A stretch of 64,000 bases of DNA from an uncultured Verrucomicrobiae bacterium (GCA_963837955.1 CAWIPH010000002.1:352001-416000), one strand, 5' to 3'. Positions 51,617 to 61,598 are shown, numbered from the stretch's first letter. The notes: generated from the sequence alone by a model not told the origin. Program-made: numbers and translations.

Positions 51617-53172
51617 TGGGGTGCGCCTAAAAAGAAGTTTACGGTCAGTGGTTGGCGCTCTCCTTGAAGTTGTGCCGGATAATTGCTTTAGAAGCTTTCG
51701 CAAGGGGGAGCGCTCTTATCTGTCGCCCCTGTTTAAGATATCGACTGATTTTCTGCTCAGGTTCTTCAAAATATCGAGGGAGGATCAGCAAGCATTCATC
51801 ATGCAGTACGAGTTAGCCCCAGCGGCCCGGCTTGCACGCTCAGGAAACCCACGCCGCAACAAGTTATAGGGATCGGATCGCTACAAGAAATTCCGCCGGT
51901 ATCCCTTTTTTACTAAAGCCACCGTTCTCGTCGGTGCGTTTGTTCTCCTAACCCCCGCTCCTCGGTCATTCGTATTTTGCGATGGTACATGAGCAGCGCG
52001 TTGTCGATCAAGCCGACAATCTATTGGCAGCAGGAGCGAGCCTAGGGCTCGCGCTTCCTTCCTCCGTCAGCACTAGGTCTTCACTTGTTAACTGCCCCTT
52101 AACAAAGCGGTCAATCTCTCGAGATCGTGCGTCGCTCGTCAGGTGAAAAACTTTGGAGATCGAACAACCGTTCGATCATTCCATCCTTGCTGATTTTCTG
52201 CGGCAGGATTTAACGCCCGGTTGGCCATCCTTTCTTCGTCTGTTCCCGGCAAAGGGGGCCAGCCATCCTTATCCTGCTGTGCTTTGTCTGCATCGTTTTA
52301 TATCAGTCGATGTTGCGGCTATCCATAAAAGAAGCGTTAGCAGCTTACAGCGAGACGGATGGGGATAAGGTGTTAAAAGCCCTCAAGTGGTACCAAATCC
52401 CCTGGGGAGAGGGGCTAATGGCCTCTTACCTGGGGATTTTCCTGTGCTCGGAAATAGCCTTCCTGTTGATGGCGGTGCAAGAATATCTGCAAGATTTACT
52501 GAGGATGAATGAGGAGGCACTCATCCGAGACACGCCGTTGCCTGGGAATGTTAAAACTGTCGATCCAGGACTAAAGCTTAGCGAAATTTCGCCTAAAAGC
52601 ACCGACAGCTAGCTTGCAGTATCTAGAAGGGGCTGCTCCCGAAGCATTATCCGGAACACCGAGGACACTTTCTAGCTTAATGAGAATACTCTTAACGGCC
52701 GACCTGCATTTTCGCTGGTTTGACGATTAAGTTGCTGTTGGCTGACCACGGTGCGTGTGTGTGCTGCGGCTCCAGTATCGGAGTGGATACGAGCGATCAT
52801 CCAACGTTCACGCCAAGCGCGATTGCACAGCCCGCCGTACGGGATGTGGTAGCGGTCACTGGGTCACTCAGCTCTCGAGCCGGTCGGGAACGAAACGAAG
52901 GCAACTTTTGCTATCTACGCGGATGGCGGCGGTATTTCCCCTCTCATTGCAGATGTTGCCAACAAACAGAGTGTTTCACGTCTTTTTGACACTCTTCGCG
53001 CGAGGGTTCACGGCGAAAAGTAGCGAGCTGGTCGTCATCAAGCACGTTCTGTGAAATTCCCCTCTTACTCGAGAGCTGAGCAGTTTGGCTATTTGGCTTG
53101 ATTGGGGCCGCAAACTAGAGCGCGACTCCACTGAGACGGCTCGCCCCTACCCTCCGCCGCAGCGCTCGTAAG

Positions 53173-55068
53173 CTACTGCTGGATCTGCTTTACGCTCACC
53201 CGCCCCAGCGCATTCCCCACCGCCTGCAAGCCTACCGCCTTCATCATCCCGGGGACGAGCGCTTGCGCCTCGACATTTGCCTCCAGCGCTTGTTGCGTCA
53301 CTGCGTCTACCAGGTCTCTCCAATGCTCCTGCGGCTCACCGGGCTTCACCTTGCCCTGCTGCCGGCCTTTCTTGTTCACCAAATCGGTGGCAGCTTTTAC
53401 ACAAGCGTCCATGTAATCTTCATAATCCTGCCCGAATTCTACGATGTCTCCTACCATGCTCAGGTTGACTGCGTCTGAAAATGTTCGGCCCAAAGCGTCG
53501 GTCGCACGCACCTCCACGCGTATATCGTAATTGGCGTCTTCATTGCGCGCGTACAAACGCAGCGTACGGCCCGACATGACGTACGTCAGCTTGATCGAGT
53601 GTCCGTAGATGGCAGTCCCATTCGGAGGAGGCAACGCGACCTTCACCGTTCCGGTGTAATCAAGCTCCTGCGATCCTCTGTTGCCAAGAAAGACCACGTT
53701 ACCTGCTGGAGTGAGCGCCTGCCCATTCACCGTCCATGTATATTCGACCGGTTCGAACACCCAATTTGTATCGACGGTCAAAGTATTTTGATCATCCTGT
53801 ATGGATTCGACGTAATCGAACGCCTTGGGCGCGCACGTAGGTCCCTGTACGGTGACAGTGCCTTGTGCAACGGCGTGGAGATTTGCTGGGGCATCGTTCG
53901 TTCGTATATGGATCGCAGGCTGTTGCACCGCCGACACCACTCCGCCGCCAGCGAGGTCTCCTAGAAGAATGAACCCTTCTGACGAAACTTGGAAGTCGTT
54001 CCAAGTAACGCCACCCAACACCAACCCCGGCCGCGTCTGTGTCGGGGTTGCAGGCGGAACGAAACCTCCATGTATCCCCAGAGCCTTCGCCAGTGTCGGA
54101 CCAAAGAGCACGAAGAATGCTTGGGTGAACGTAAAGTCCAGGAAATCGATCGCTGCTTTTCCTACCACACACAAAAAGTTAAGTTCTAGATGAAAATCCA
54201 ATTTCGGCGTCGGATGATCTGGCGGATCTGGCCTGAAAACAAAGTTCTGCCCCACCAATGACGGAATCAGACTCTGACTGAACGAACCTCCACGTACCGA
54301 CCAACAGGTGTCATGGCCGTCAAACTTTCCATTCACATCGATTCCGCCATCGCGAAAGACGTAGTTCACCTCTGTGATCGTCACGTGGGGCTGAGACAAT
54401 TGCTCGGCCGTCGGCAGTAGCGCAATGACGGTACCTGCTGAGATGGCATACGAAACAGAGGTATTCGAACCTAACGTGGAGGTCAGTGTCCCCGCATCAT
54501 TTCCCCCGAGGTGAGCGCAGAACGTATCCGCGTCGAGGTTCTGGTTTTTACTGAAGACGACCAGCATCTGTTTGATCAAACCGGCATCAGGATAAATATC
54601 GACATCTATGTTCCGTTCGGCGTTGACCAGTTTGTTCACTTCGCTATTTGCCCGCGCTGCGAAGTTCGCGATACCGGCGATCACCGGCGTGGCGGGAGCG
54701 TCCAGCGTCGCACTCAAGATCCGCACCAAAATGAATGTCCCATCAACTAATTGCATTTGAACGTTCACAGCGCCACCAGTGAACGCCGCATCTGGCTCGC
54801 CAGGTAACCGGATCACTCCACCCTCGAGCTGCAAGATCAACGTGCACAGATTCGTCCCCACCGACAATGCCAGGTCCACCGATTTCACCAGCAGATCTAC
54901 AGTGTTCGATGGGCGTGGCGGAAATCCGGACGGTGGCCCCTTAATAGCCAGCCGGAATGGCGTAGCCAGTGTGTTCCCCTGCACCTTGAGTCCGTTCTCT
55001 TCCATCAGGTTCAGCAGCTTGTCTCGCCGAATCTGACATACAAAATCAAAACCCCCGAGCCTGCTCAC
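53173..55068 (-). CDS. 631-aa hypothetical protein, N-terminus resembling TULIP/P47-like lipid-binding domains
   Basis: GFDFVCQI..LLN start, beta-rich body, hydrophobic segment near aa 310-335, Ig-like YTWTVNG..VEVRATDALG. Confidence 0.7.
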   Translation of the reverse strand: MSRLGGFDFVCQIRRDKLLNLMEENGLKVQGNTLATPFRLAIKGPPSGFPPRPSNTVDLLVKSVDLALSVGTNLCTLILQLEGGVIRLPGEPDAAFTGGAVNVQMQLVDGTFILVRILSATLDAPATPVIAGIANFAARANSEVNKLVNAERNIDVDIYPDAGLIKQMLVVFSKNQNLDADTFCAHLGGNDAGTLTSTLGSNTSVSYAISAGTVIALLPTAEQLSQPHVTITEVNYVFRDGGIDVNGKFDGHDTCWSVRGGSFSQSLIPSLVGQNFVFRPDPPDHPTPKLDFHLELNFLCVVGKAAIDFLDFTFTQAFFVLFGPTLAKALGIHGGFVPPATPTQTRPGLVLGGVTWNDFQVSSEGFILLGDLAGGGVVSAVQQPAIHIRTNDAPANLHAVAQGTVTVQGPTCAPKAFDYVESIQDDQNTLTVDTNWVFEPVEYTWTVNGQALTPAGNVVFLGNRGSQELDYTGTVKVALPPPNGTAIYGHSIKLTYVMSGRTLRLYARNEDANYDIRVEVRATDALGRTFSDAVNLSMVGDIVEFGQDYEDYMDACVKAATDLVNKKGRQQGKVKPGEPQEHWRDLVDAVTQQALEANVEAQALVPGMMKAVGLQAVGNALGRVSVKQIQQ

Positions 55069-55382
55069 GCTGCCACCTTCCGCAATAACCCGTTCACCGT
55101 CACCCGGACATCGCCTCCGGCCTTGCTATTGGTAACCCGATCGTAGGCGCTTTCCCCTCCTCCGCTCGCGAAGAACTCGGGATGCGCTTTTTGGGTCTCC
55201 TTGACCGCCTCAGGCGTCAGCTCGACGTGAACTTCCCGCAGTAACCTCTGCGGATCAAGCAACAATAGGTGGCCGCCATTATGCCTAGCGCCGATCCGCC
55301 GCACGATCTCCTTCTCATGGGCCAATAGCTCTTTCAACGAACACACTTGCAGTACAGCGGACCCAGTTTCTGGGGGTGACAT
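55065..55382 (-). CDS. 105-aa hypothetical protein coupled to the 631-aa gene
   Basis: GTGA overlap; GGHLLLLDPQRLLREVHVELTPEA. Confidence 0.7.
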   Translation of the reverse strand: MSPPETGSAVLQVCSLKELLAHEKEIVRRIGARHNGGHLLLLDPQRLLREVHVELTPEAVKETQKAHPEFFASGGGESAYDRVTNSKAGGDVRVTVNGLLRKVAA

Positions 55383-55509
55383 GCGTCCACATTACGCAGG
55401 CACGAGGCACAAAGCGATTGCAAGTTCCACATTTGCGGGCCGTTCGCGAGAATCTGCGGCCGTCGAGGCTTTTGGTTCGGCGCGGGATCGCTCATGCGAG
55501 TCGCATCAT

Positions 55510-55785
55510 TCACCTGTAGCCATTTAAGACCGTTAATCGGCAAACGTTAACACTTTGCGTTCCATGCTCCGCAAAATGAACATCAAAGATTCCGCGACTA
55601 TTGACTTGAAACGGTTCTCCCTCGTATTTGCAGACGCTGCATTTTCTGGAGCGCTTCTCGTCTTCAAACGGGCTTAAACACACCTTGCAACAAAGCCACG
55701 ATCCCCATTCCTTGACGACGGTTCCGATCCCATACCTTTCATGCTTAACCTGGGTGCCTGGGCTAATCGCTACTTGCGTCCTCAT
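55510..55785 (-). CDS. Tudor-like small protein with CxxC..CxxC zinc-ribbon insert
   Basis: GTQVKHERYGIGTV ... CKVC ... CSVC ... FDVHFAEHG. Confidence 0.6.
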   Translation of the reverse strand: MRTQVAISPGTQVKHERYGIGTVVKEWGSWLCCKVCLSPFEDEKRSRKCSVCKYEGEPFQVNSRGIFDVHFAEHGTQSVNVCRLTVLNGYR

Positions 55786-56010
55786 CTTGTTCTCTTGCCC
55801 GTCTAGCATCTTTGATTGCCGCGATCTCTGATGCGCTTGAAACCCCGTCTCTCACCCAGTTTACGATCATCTTATCCAGCGGTCGAATTCCAGCAGCCTC
55901 GCTGATCGTTCTAGCTTCAATTGCGCTGCCTGCGCCACACGGCAACGAGTTTACTCAAGCGGCCCGGAGCCAGCGTCGCCGGTTTCGAAATCACCGGTGC
56001 TCGCCGGCAG

Positions 56011-56102
56011 AGAAGGAAAGAAAGTCAAAATCACCGGACGGATCGAGATGTACAAGGGGAAACCGGAAATTCGGATCAATGCGGCCAAGCAGCTCGAGAT
56101 AG
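56011..56102 (+). pseudogene. OB-fold nucleic-acid-binding protein C-terminal fragment
   Basis: EGKKVKITGRIEMYKGKPEIRINAAKQLEI with no intact 5' part. Confidence 0.5.
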
Positions 56103-56245
56103 GTATGAAATCGGTGCTTCAGACGTGGGTTGCACTTTGGCAGGTTGAAGGATAAACAGACATTAATTTATATCTAGCGGGGACAAAAGAAGCGGCAGAG
56201 ATACTCGTCCAAGCAATCTGGAAGGAGTCTTCGACGGCTAAGCAA

Positions 56246-56674
56246 TTGTTGGAGAAAGCAAAACTCTCCGAATCTTATGGACGATCGGAGATCGAGAAAT
56301 CTCTTTTCATCGATACCGACGATCCAGACAAGCATTTCCACCGCGGTGCGGCAGCGCTATCAGATGCCGAAAAGATCCGCTCTCAGGCTCAGAACTTCAG
56401 CGAGCAAGCTAAGATTCGTTCACAGTCAGCTCAAGTGTTCGCGGCAGTCCTGGGGTACGATCAGCTTTCCGCGACATGTATCATGGCTTGGGCGTACGCG
56501 ATGCACGGCTATATTCCCGGTAAAGAGGCGCAAGAGCGGCACGAAAACGAGACTAAAGATAAACCTGACTATTACGGCACCGCTGAAATGCTTGTGAACC
56601 TGTATTTTCCTGAGTTGCTGCCGGATTTCTTGGCTATCAAAACTTCCTCAGAAAAGACTAGGCTATTCAGATGA
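56246..56674 (+). CDS. Hypothetical protein
   Basis: ORF only; start uncertain. Confidence 0.45.
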   Translation: MLEKAKLSESYGRSEIEKSLFIDTDDPDKHFHRGAAALSDAEKIRSQAQNFSEQAKIRSQSAQVFAAVLGYDQLSATCIMAWAYAMHGYIPGKEAQERHENETKDKPDYYGTAEMLVNLYFPELLPDFLAIKTSSEKTRLFR

Positions 56675-56947
56675 AATATCTGAGGGAATCCGAGGCTGGT
56701 AACGACACTTCAATGTTTCTAGAGCCGTTCCTCGCGTCAATTAAAGCGCTTAAAGCAGCTTCCTTGAAACTTGAGGAGATGATCTGCCAACGGGGCAGAG
56801 AAGAAAATCTGTTAGCCTAACCAGTCGTTCCTGGTTCAACCCATCCGCGAGCGCATCGACAGCCCTGGGCAATCGCTAAGAGACGTTCGAACGTGTTCAT
56901 AGTGATTATTTGACTACCGATCGTGGATCCATCTGCGGCTTGTCGTA

Positions 56948-57262
56948 ATGTTGGACATGCCAAGCCAGAACAGTGCTTATAAAAAGGTACTCGTTAACGA
57001 ACATATGCCCATAAAAAGGACGCCAGCGAGCCGCTCTCTGGCGGTGATTTTAGAGATCTTAGAACCCGCTAAGAAGAACCGCGTTGATGTGAGAGATGCG
57101 GCGATGATCAAATTCGCGTCCGATCTTGTTCAAAAGAGGATAATGAACGAGGGCTGGGGACCGACCGAAAAAAGGGTCGAAACGATACTATTCAACCAAC
57201 TGCCGCCCCTTGGTGAGCCCGCACGGAAAGGGGACGACTTTATTGCATGGATTGTGGAATAA
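56948..57262 (+). CDS. Hypothetical protein
   Basis: ORF ending just before the repeated hairpin. Confidence 0.5.
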   Translation: MLDMPSQNSAYKKVLVNEHMPIKRTPASRSLAVILEILEPAKKNRVDVRDAAMIKFASDLVQKRIMNEGWGPTEKRVETILFNQLPPLGEPARKGDDFIAWIVE

Positions 57263-57271
57263 GGGAAATCA

Positions 57272-57345
57272 CTAGAAACAAAACCCGCTGGCTTATGCGG
57301 TCAGCGGGTTACGCGGCGAAACCCATCGGCTAGCGCATCGACGTT
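57272..57345 (-). terminator. Repeated terminator-like hairpin, copy 1
   Basis: AACCCGCTGGC/GTCAGCGGGTT stem with minus-strand T tract; repeated at 58928-59041. Confidence 0.65.
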
Positions 57346-57586
57346 ACATGCTAAGGCCGTACCTTTTGACTAGATCGGCGCATTTTTGAAGGCGCTCTTG
57401 ATCATACGCCGAATTTCCAACATTATTTGCGTTAGCAATGATCTGATTCCCAATCGGTCCTGGAAGCCTGAGGATAACTGTCAGATCTTCTTCTAGCGTT
57501 TTAACCCGCTTCGCCAGCTGGTCTAAATCTCCGTCATGGCGATCCACCTGATGCTCTAGATTTACAAAGTCGTCATCACTGGGCAT
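57344..57586 (-). CDS. Small coiled-coil hypothetical protein
   Basis: LEHQVDRHDGDLDQLAKRVKTLEEDL heptads. Confidence 0.55.
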   Translation of the reverse strand: MPSDDDFVNLEHQVDRHDGDLDQLAKRVKTLEEDLTVILRLPGPIGNQIIANANNVGNSAYDQERLQKCADLVKRYGLSM

Positions 57587-57626
57587 GGATCGCTTTTACT
57601 GCGCAAGCCAACAAAGGGCAATCCAT

Positions 57627-58161
57627 TCATTTTTCCAGTGTTTCGGGATTACGGGCCGCCACTTTTTGCCGCGTATTCTCTTCGCGCTTTTTCAAGATCC
57701 TGCCGGCGGGCCCAATGATTGCGTCCGAGTGAGTCGCGTATTCCGATGCGCCGGGGATTGAGATCCAAAACGCAGCGGGTCTCAATGGGAAATTCGAACA
57801 CTTCTTTCTCACCGACGCCCACCTTCCTGAAAGCGCTCGCCTCATATCGGGAATAGTTTCAGGCATCAGCTTATCCACGCCTTGAACCACGCGGCGCCGA
57901 TTCAAGAAGCCGGAGCGTATCTCCAAGACGGGCAGCTCCGTAGTGATGTTTCCTGGGCCCACATTCACGATCGACAATCGAAATTCCGGCAAGCTGCGCC
58001 CATCTCCAAACTTTGCCCATCCGAAGAGCCAAAAATTCGATCCGGAGCCGAGGCTTCAATATTACGTCGCGATAAATGTTCCAGCCCAGCGCGAATGCGC
58101 TGACAACGAAAGCCAGAATGCTAATCCAGATTGTTAGACTCTCATTATGTGCGGCGATCAC
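57627..58161 (-). pseudogene. Single-TM hypothetical protein, frameshifted near 57990
   Basis: ISILAFVVSAFALGWNIYRD..KPRLRI continues in another frame as LSIVNVG. Confidence 0.55.
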
Positions 58162-58205
58162 AAAGTGGGCATGGCGAAGATTAGGCGAGCGTTCGCAACC
58201 AAGTG

Positions 58206-58505
58206 CTACTGACTGGATGTGGCGGGAAGAATCGAGATTTCCAGCCTATCCCCGACCTTGACCTCCTCAGCCGCCTCGAACTCGAATTCCCCACGTACCA
58301 TCAATGATCCCGGTTCAAGTTGGTGACTTCCCAGTGCAGCCGGTTTCAAAATTCTCACGAGGAAAAGATCCTTCGAGTACTTATGCGCAGGGGCGTGCAT
58401 TTCCGCGCGGGCGGTGAAGCGGCGGATCTCCACGCCTTCGGCCACTTCCACTATGGGATGCTTTGTTATCCCGGTTACTGTTGCGATTCCGGTGCCTTCT
58501 TCCAT
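58206..58505 (-). CDS. Small beta-rich hypothetical protein
   Basis: ORF ending VKVGDRLEISI. Confidence 0.5.
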   Translation of the reverse strand: MEEGTGIATVTGITKHPIVEVAEGVEIRRFTARAEMHAPAHKYSKDLFLVRILKPAALGSHQLEPGSLMVRGEFEFEAAEEVKVGDRLEISILPATSSQ

Positions 58506-58716
58506 TCCCGAATCGTGTCCTTACGCCCTCTTTCCGTCAATAACCTGTGCGCCAGCCGATTAGATCGAGGCATAATGCTCTTTTAAGCGGCGGCGGAGAC
58601 TCCATTCCTGACAGCTGCGTTTTCGATCTTTTTGCGCTGCCAAGTGCTAGCGTGCCGTGGCGCACTGGAGTATTTTAGTAAGCATCTGATTTTTTCGATG
58701 CAGCGAGGTGTTTCCA

Positions 58717-58911
58717 ATGACAGTTCAAGAATCGGAAAAGGAGCTACTACGATTAGTAAGTAAGGGACAGGTACATTATCCGAATGGCTCTAGTCACTCG
58801 GCGTGGGCCCTATTTGCCAATGAATTGCACCAAAGAGGGTGGATCAAATATAACGAGATTACAGAAAGACTGGAAATCACTCAGCGTGGTATTGACCACC
58901 TCGAACAGTGA
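58717..58911 (+). CDS. Small winged-helix-like protein
   Basis: EKELLRLV..ELHQRGWI..LEITQRGIDHL. Confidence 0.55.
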   Translation: MTVQESEKELLRLVSKGQVHYPNGSSHSAWALFANELHQRGWIKYNEITERLEITQRGIDHLEQ

Positions 58912-58927
58912 GATTCCAAACTGATCT

Positions 58928-59041
58928 CTAGAAACAAAAACCCGCTGGCTTATGTGGCCGGCGGGTTACGCTTGTTTAGTGCGGGGGCGCTTAAGCGGCA
59001 ACCAGCTGCCGGTTGAACCCATCGGCTAGCGCATCGACGTT
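58928..59041 (-). terminator. Repeated terminator-like hairpin, copy 2 (with ~40 extra bp)
   Basis: Shares both ends with 57272-57345. Confidence 0.65.
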
Positions 59042-59347
59042 GCCCTCAGTCCACTCCCTCAACGCGTCACACCCCAATATCGCCCGGATACGTTCCGCCA
59101 TCTGCTCAGGATCGAAGCCGCCGTTCTCGGACACTTCGCAAATACACTTGTATTCCTTGAATGGCGTTTCCGCCAGCTAGCAGATCACAGGATGAAGCAC
59201 CGCTTCATAAGCTGCGAAGCAAATCTTCGCAAAAACGATCCTTGCATACCACTAGGGACATAAAATCGAGAAGTTCCTTAATGGCATACGCAAGACAAAT
59301 TTTCGCAGCCAAAATGTAAAGTGCGTAAGAGAAGGAAACACTAATAA

Positions 59348-59764
59348 GATTCAATAGCATCCGTCCTCTAGGTGCGTCCTTACCTTCGCTTAGACCTATC
59401 TAACTTCCGATTCTCATGCTTTGGAGAAAAGTTCAGGAATCTACGTTTATCGATGCGACCGTGATAGGAGTGCACGGAGATAGAGACTTGTTGTATCTTG
59501 AAGCGCCCGATCAAGAAGCTTTACGGGTTATTCCGTGTCCGCCCAAATACGAACGCCCGCGTAAAGGTGACCGGGTTAAACTCGAGTTGCGGTTGGAATT
59601 GAGTCCAGGTAAAAGACGACGGAGTTGGCGAACGTACATCATCAGCTTTCCTGGCGACGGCCTGGATCGAGAGAACATTCACGAAGTCACGGATTACGAT
59701 TCATGATTCGTCAGCCAGAATACGAGAAAGAATGCTAATGGATACGAGCTTCAATGCGAGATTG
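59348..59764 (+). repeat. Direct repeat copy B (~417 bp)
   Basis: Matches 40104-40521. Confidence 0.95.
59416..59706 (+). CDS. 96-aa hypothetical (OB-fold-like) protein, copy B
   Basis: Identical to 40173-40463. Confidence 0.6.
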   Translation: MLWRKVQESTFIDATVIGVHGDRDLLYLEAPDQEALRVIPCPPKYERPRKGDRVKLELRLELSPGKRRRSWRTYIISFPGDGLDRENIHEVTDYDS

Positions 59765-59983
59765 GATCGAGGGAGAACGGCAAGAAGAAGTTAAGACACC
59801 TCTATCGGCAATCTTGGAATTACTAACCCAACGCCTTACCATTCCGTGCCGACGCGTAGCAAAAGGATATACTCACGCAGCCCCCTGTACGATTTTTAGC
59901 CGAGAGTCTTGCCGGAGACGATAGAAAGACCCGGAAGCCAAGAAAGCGCCTAGAATCGAGCGGTAGGAGCGGCACCAGGTGGA

Positions 59984-61168
59984 TTATTTCGTACCGGGAT
60001 AGATGACCCAAAACTTCGCAGCATCTTCTCGGGTTACGATGTCTAGATAATCCTTCTTGATGACTGCGGCGGAGTTGTCCGCTTCGAGCGCCGTCTTATC
60101 GATACTCTCGTAATGGGCTACGTGCATCGAAATGAAGGTATTCCGACCGGCATTATCGGGCAGAACAATCCCTACTTTTGCAGCAGCTTTTAAGATTCGC
60201 CGCCGGGTAGCTGTATCGCTCGGTCGTCCCTTAATCTTAGAGAATCGATTCGTAGCCTTAGCCCGAACTAGTATCGAGCCACTCTCTTTCACGTGCGGCT
60301 TGAGCCAAGCCAGAGCGTTATCGGACAGAGTAACTCGATAACGAAGATCATTTTTGCCTTTGTATCGCGGCACAATAACCCGCTTCTCGTCATACTTTAC
60401 GTTCGACCAGTCTAATTCATTGAGAGTCGCAGTCCTGATACCGCAAAAGAAAGACAGGGTCAGAAATGGAATAACCTCCGAAGGCGCAGCGCGGAAAAGC
60501 TTCTCGGTCTGTTCGGCGGAAAGTACAGATTTCTCGCCGTTCTCCTCGCTCGATCGTTCCCGGAACTTCTTGATTTTAGCGACCGGGTTCGCCGCGGTAT
60601 AGCCGAAGTCTAGAGCCAGACTAAACACCTGACTGGCGTAGCCGCGGTGCTTATTGCGAGTCTTAGCGGCAAGCGGAAGAGCCAGCAACCATTCGCGTAT
60701 CTCTTCGGTCCGAATCTCGGACGCTAAACGGTCGCCGAATCTAGCCTCCAATTTATTTAGGGTCTCCCGTAGGGTCTTAGCGTGCCGGTCGCTGACTTCG
60801 TTAGCCGCTTTGCGCCGGACGAACTCTTCTCGGACCCGAGAGGCGAGGGTGGGAAAGGGGACGGATACGGAAAGCTGGTTAAGGTGAGCTAAATAATGAC
60901 GAACCGCATCCATAACAGTCTTACCGTGAGGACGTAGCAGCTCGGCGGCCCGGAAAGCTTCCAGCCGCGCTTCAGAATCCAAGTTCACTTTCGAACCGTA
61001 GGCTTCGCGCTCTTGATTACGGTCGGCACAGTCGGCTTTGGCTTCTTTCTCCGTCGCGAACCAATACTGCTTACGCTTTCCGTCTTTATACCCCCAGACT
61101 CGGTACTCCTTACCTGCGAAAGGCTTTGACTTTTTCCACTGGAATCCTACGGGCTTGGGTTTCGCCAT
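59984..61168 (-). CDS. Tyrosine integrase of the island
   Basis: N-terminal arm-binding-like domain, core-binding domain, GIRTATL (R), NAGRNTF, DNS, KKDYL (Y); directly downstream of tRNA-Cys. Confidence 0.92.
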   Translation of the reverse strand: MAKPKPVGFQWKKSKPFAGKEYRVWGYKDGKRKQYWFATEKEAKADCADRNQEREAYGSKVNLDSEARLEAFRAAELLRPHGKTVMDAVRHYLAHLNQLSVSVPFPTLASRVREEFVRRKAANEVSDRHAKTLRETLNKLEARFGDRLASEIRTEEIREWLLALPLAAKTRNKHRGYASQVFSLALDFGYTAANPVAKIKKFRERSSEENGEKSVLSAEQTEKLFRAAPSEVIPFLTLSFFCGIRTATLNELDWSNVKYDEKRVIVPRYKGKNDLRYRVTLSDNALAWLKPHVKESGSILVRAKATNRFSKIKGRPSDTATRRRILKAAAKVGIVLPDNAGRNTFISMHVAHYESIDKTALEADNSAAVIKKDYLDIVTREDAAKFWVIYPGTK

Positions 61169-61348
61169 AAAATAATAGAATAGCGTGTGCATTTTGCACG
61201 AGTAAAGTTAAAAATTAACGTTATGACCCGCATTTAGCCGTGGAGTCTTTTTAACGTGATTTAACTTTATAAGCCGTCTTTCGGCGTTCTGACGGGGGCT
61301 TCGGAGCGCTTACGAGGTGCTCTCTCCTAGGAACGTAGGAAAACAGAA

Positions 61349-61373
61349 GAGGCGGGGGCGGGAATCGAACCCG
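61349..61373. repeat. tRNA-proximal att site
   Basis: Identical to 21276-21300. Confidence 0.95.
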
Positions 61374-61421
61374 CGAATAGAGGTTTTGCAGACCTCGGCC
61401 TTACCACTTGGCTACCCCGCC
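61350..61421 (-). tRNA. tRNA-Cys (GCA), CCA not encoded
   Basis: Acceptor GGCGGGG/CCCCGCC, anticodon arm GAGGT-CTGCAAA-ACCTC, T arm GCGGG-TTCGATT-CCCGC, U discriminator. Confidence 0.97.
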
Positions 61422-61598
61422 GATGCGAATCGGAATTCTCGTTCGGAATTTGGCAGTGTCAACTCGACGGACCGTGCTGGCGTGATCCGAAATGACTTGG
61501 CGCGACCCGAGAGTTCTAGAGTGACGTCGAGCTTCTTGGCGGCTCACGCAAAGCGTTCGTCCTACCGGTCTCGCGCTTAGCCCGCCCCGGTTCGATCA

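Larger units (their letters stand above)
21276..61373. mobile_element. ~40-kb integrative genomic island at tRNA-Cys
   Basis: 25-bp direct repeat of the tRNA 3' end, tyrosine integrase next to the tRNA, Xis-like HTH at the far end, dense hypothetical genes and remnants. Confidence 0.93.

Noticed and set aside
50400..53100. Short ORFs in a gene-poor stretch
   Set aside because: Apart from 51215-51616, no motifs or clear RBS; probably decayed sequence
57272..59041. Integron attC cassette array
   Set aside because: No convincing RYYYAAC/GTTRRRY pairing, genes in mixed orientation, and the integrase lacks IntI features
58991..59041. tmRNA tag-like peptide ending LVAA*
   Set aside because: It is the end of a longer reading frame with no tRNA-like domain around it
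21276..61373. Intact prophage or conjugative ICE
   Set aside because: No terminase, portal, capsid, tail, relaxase or VirB4 motifs recognised
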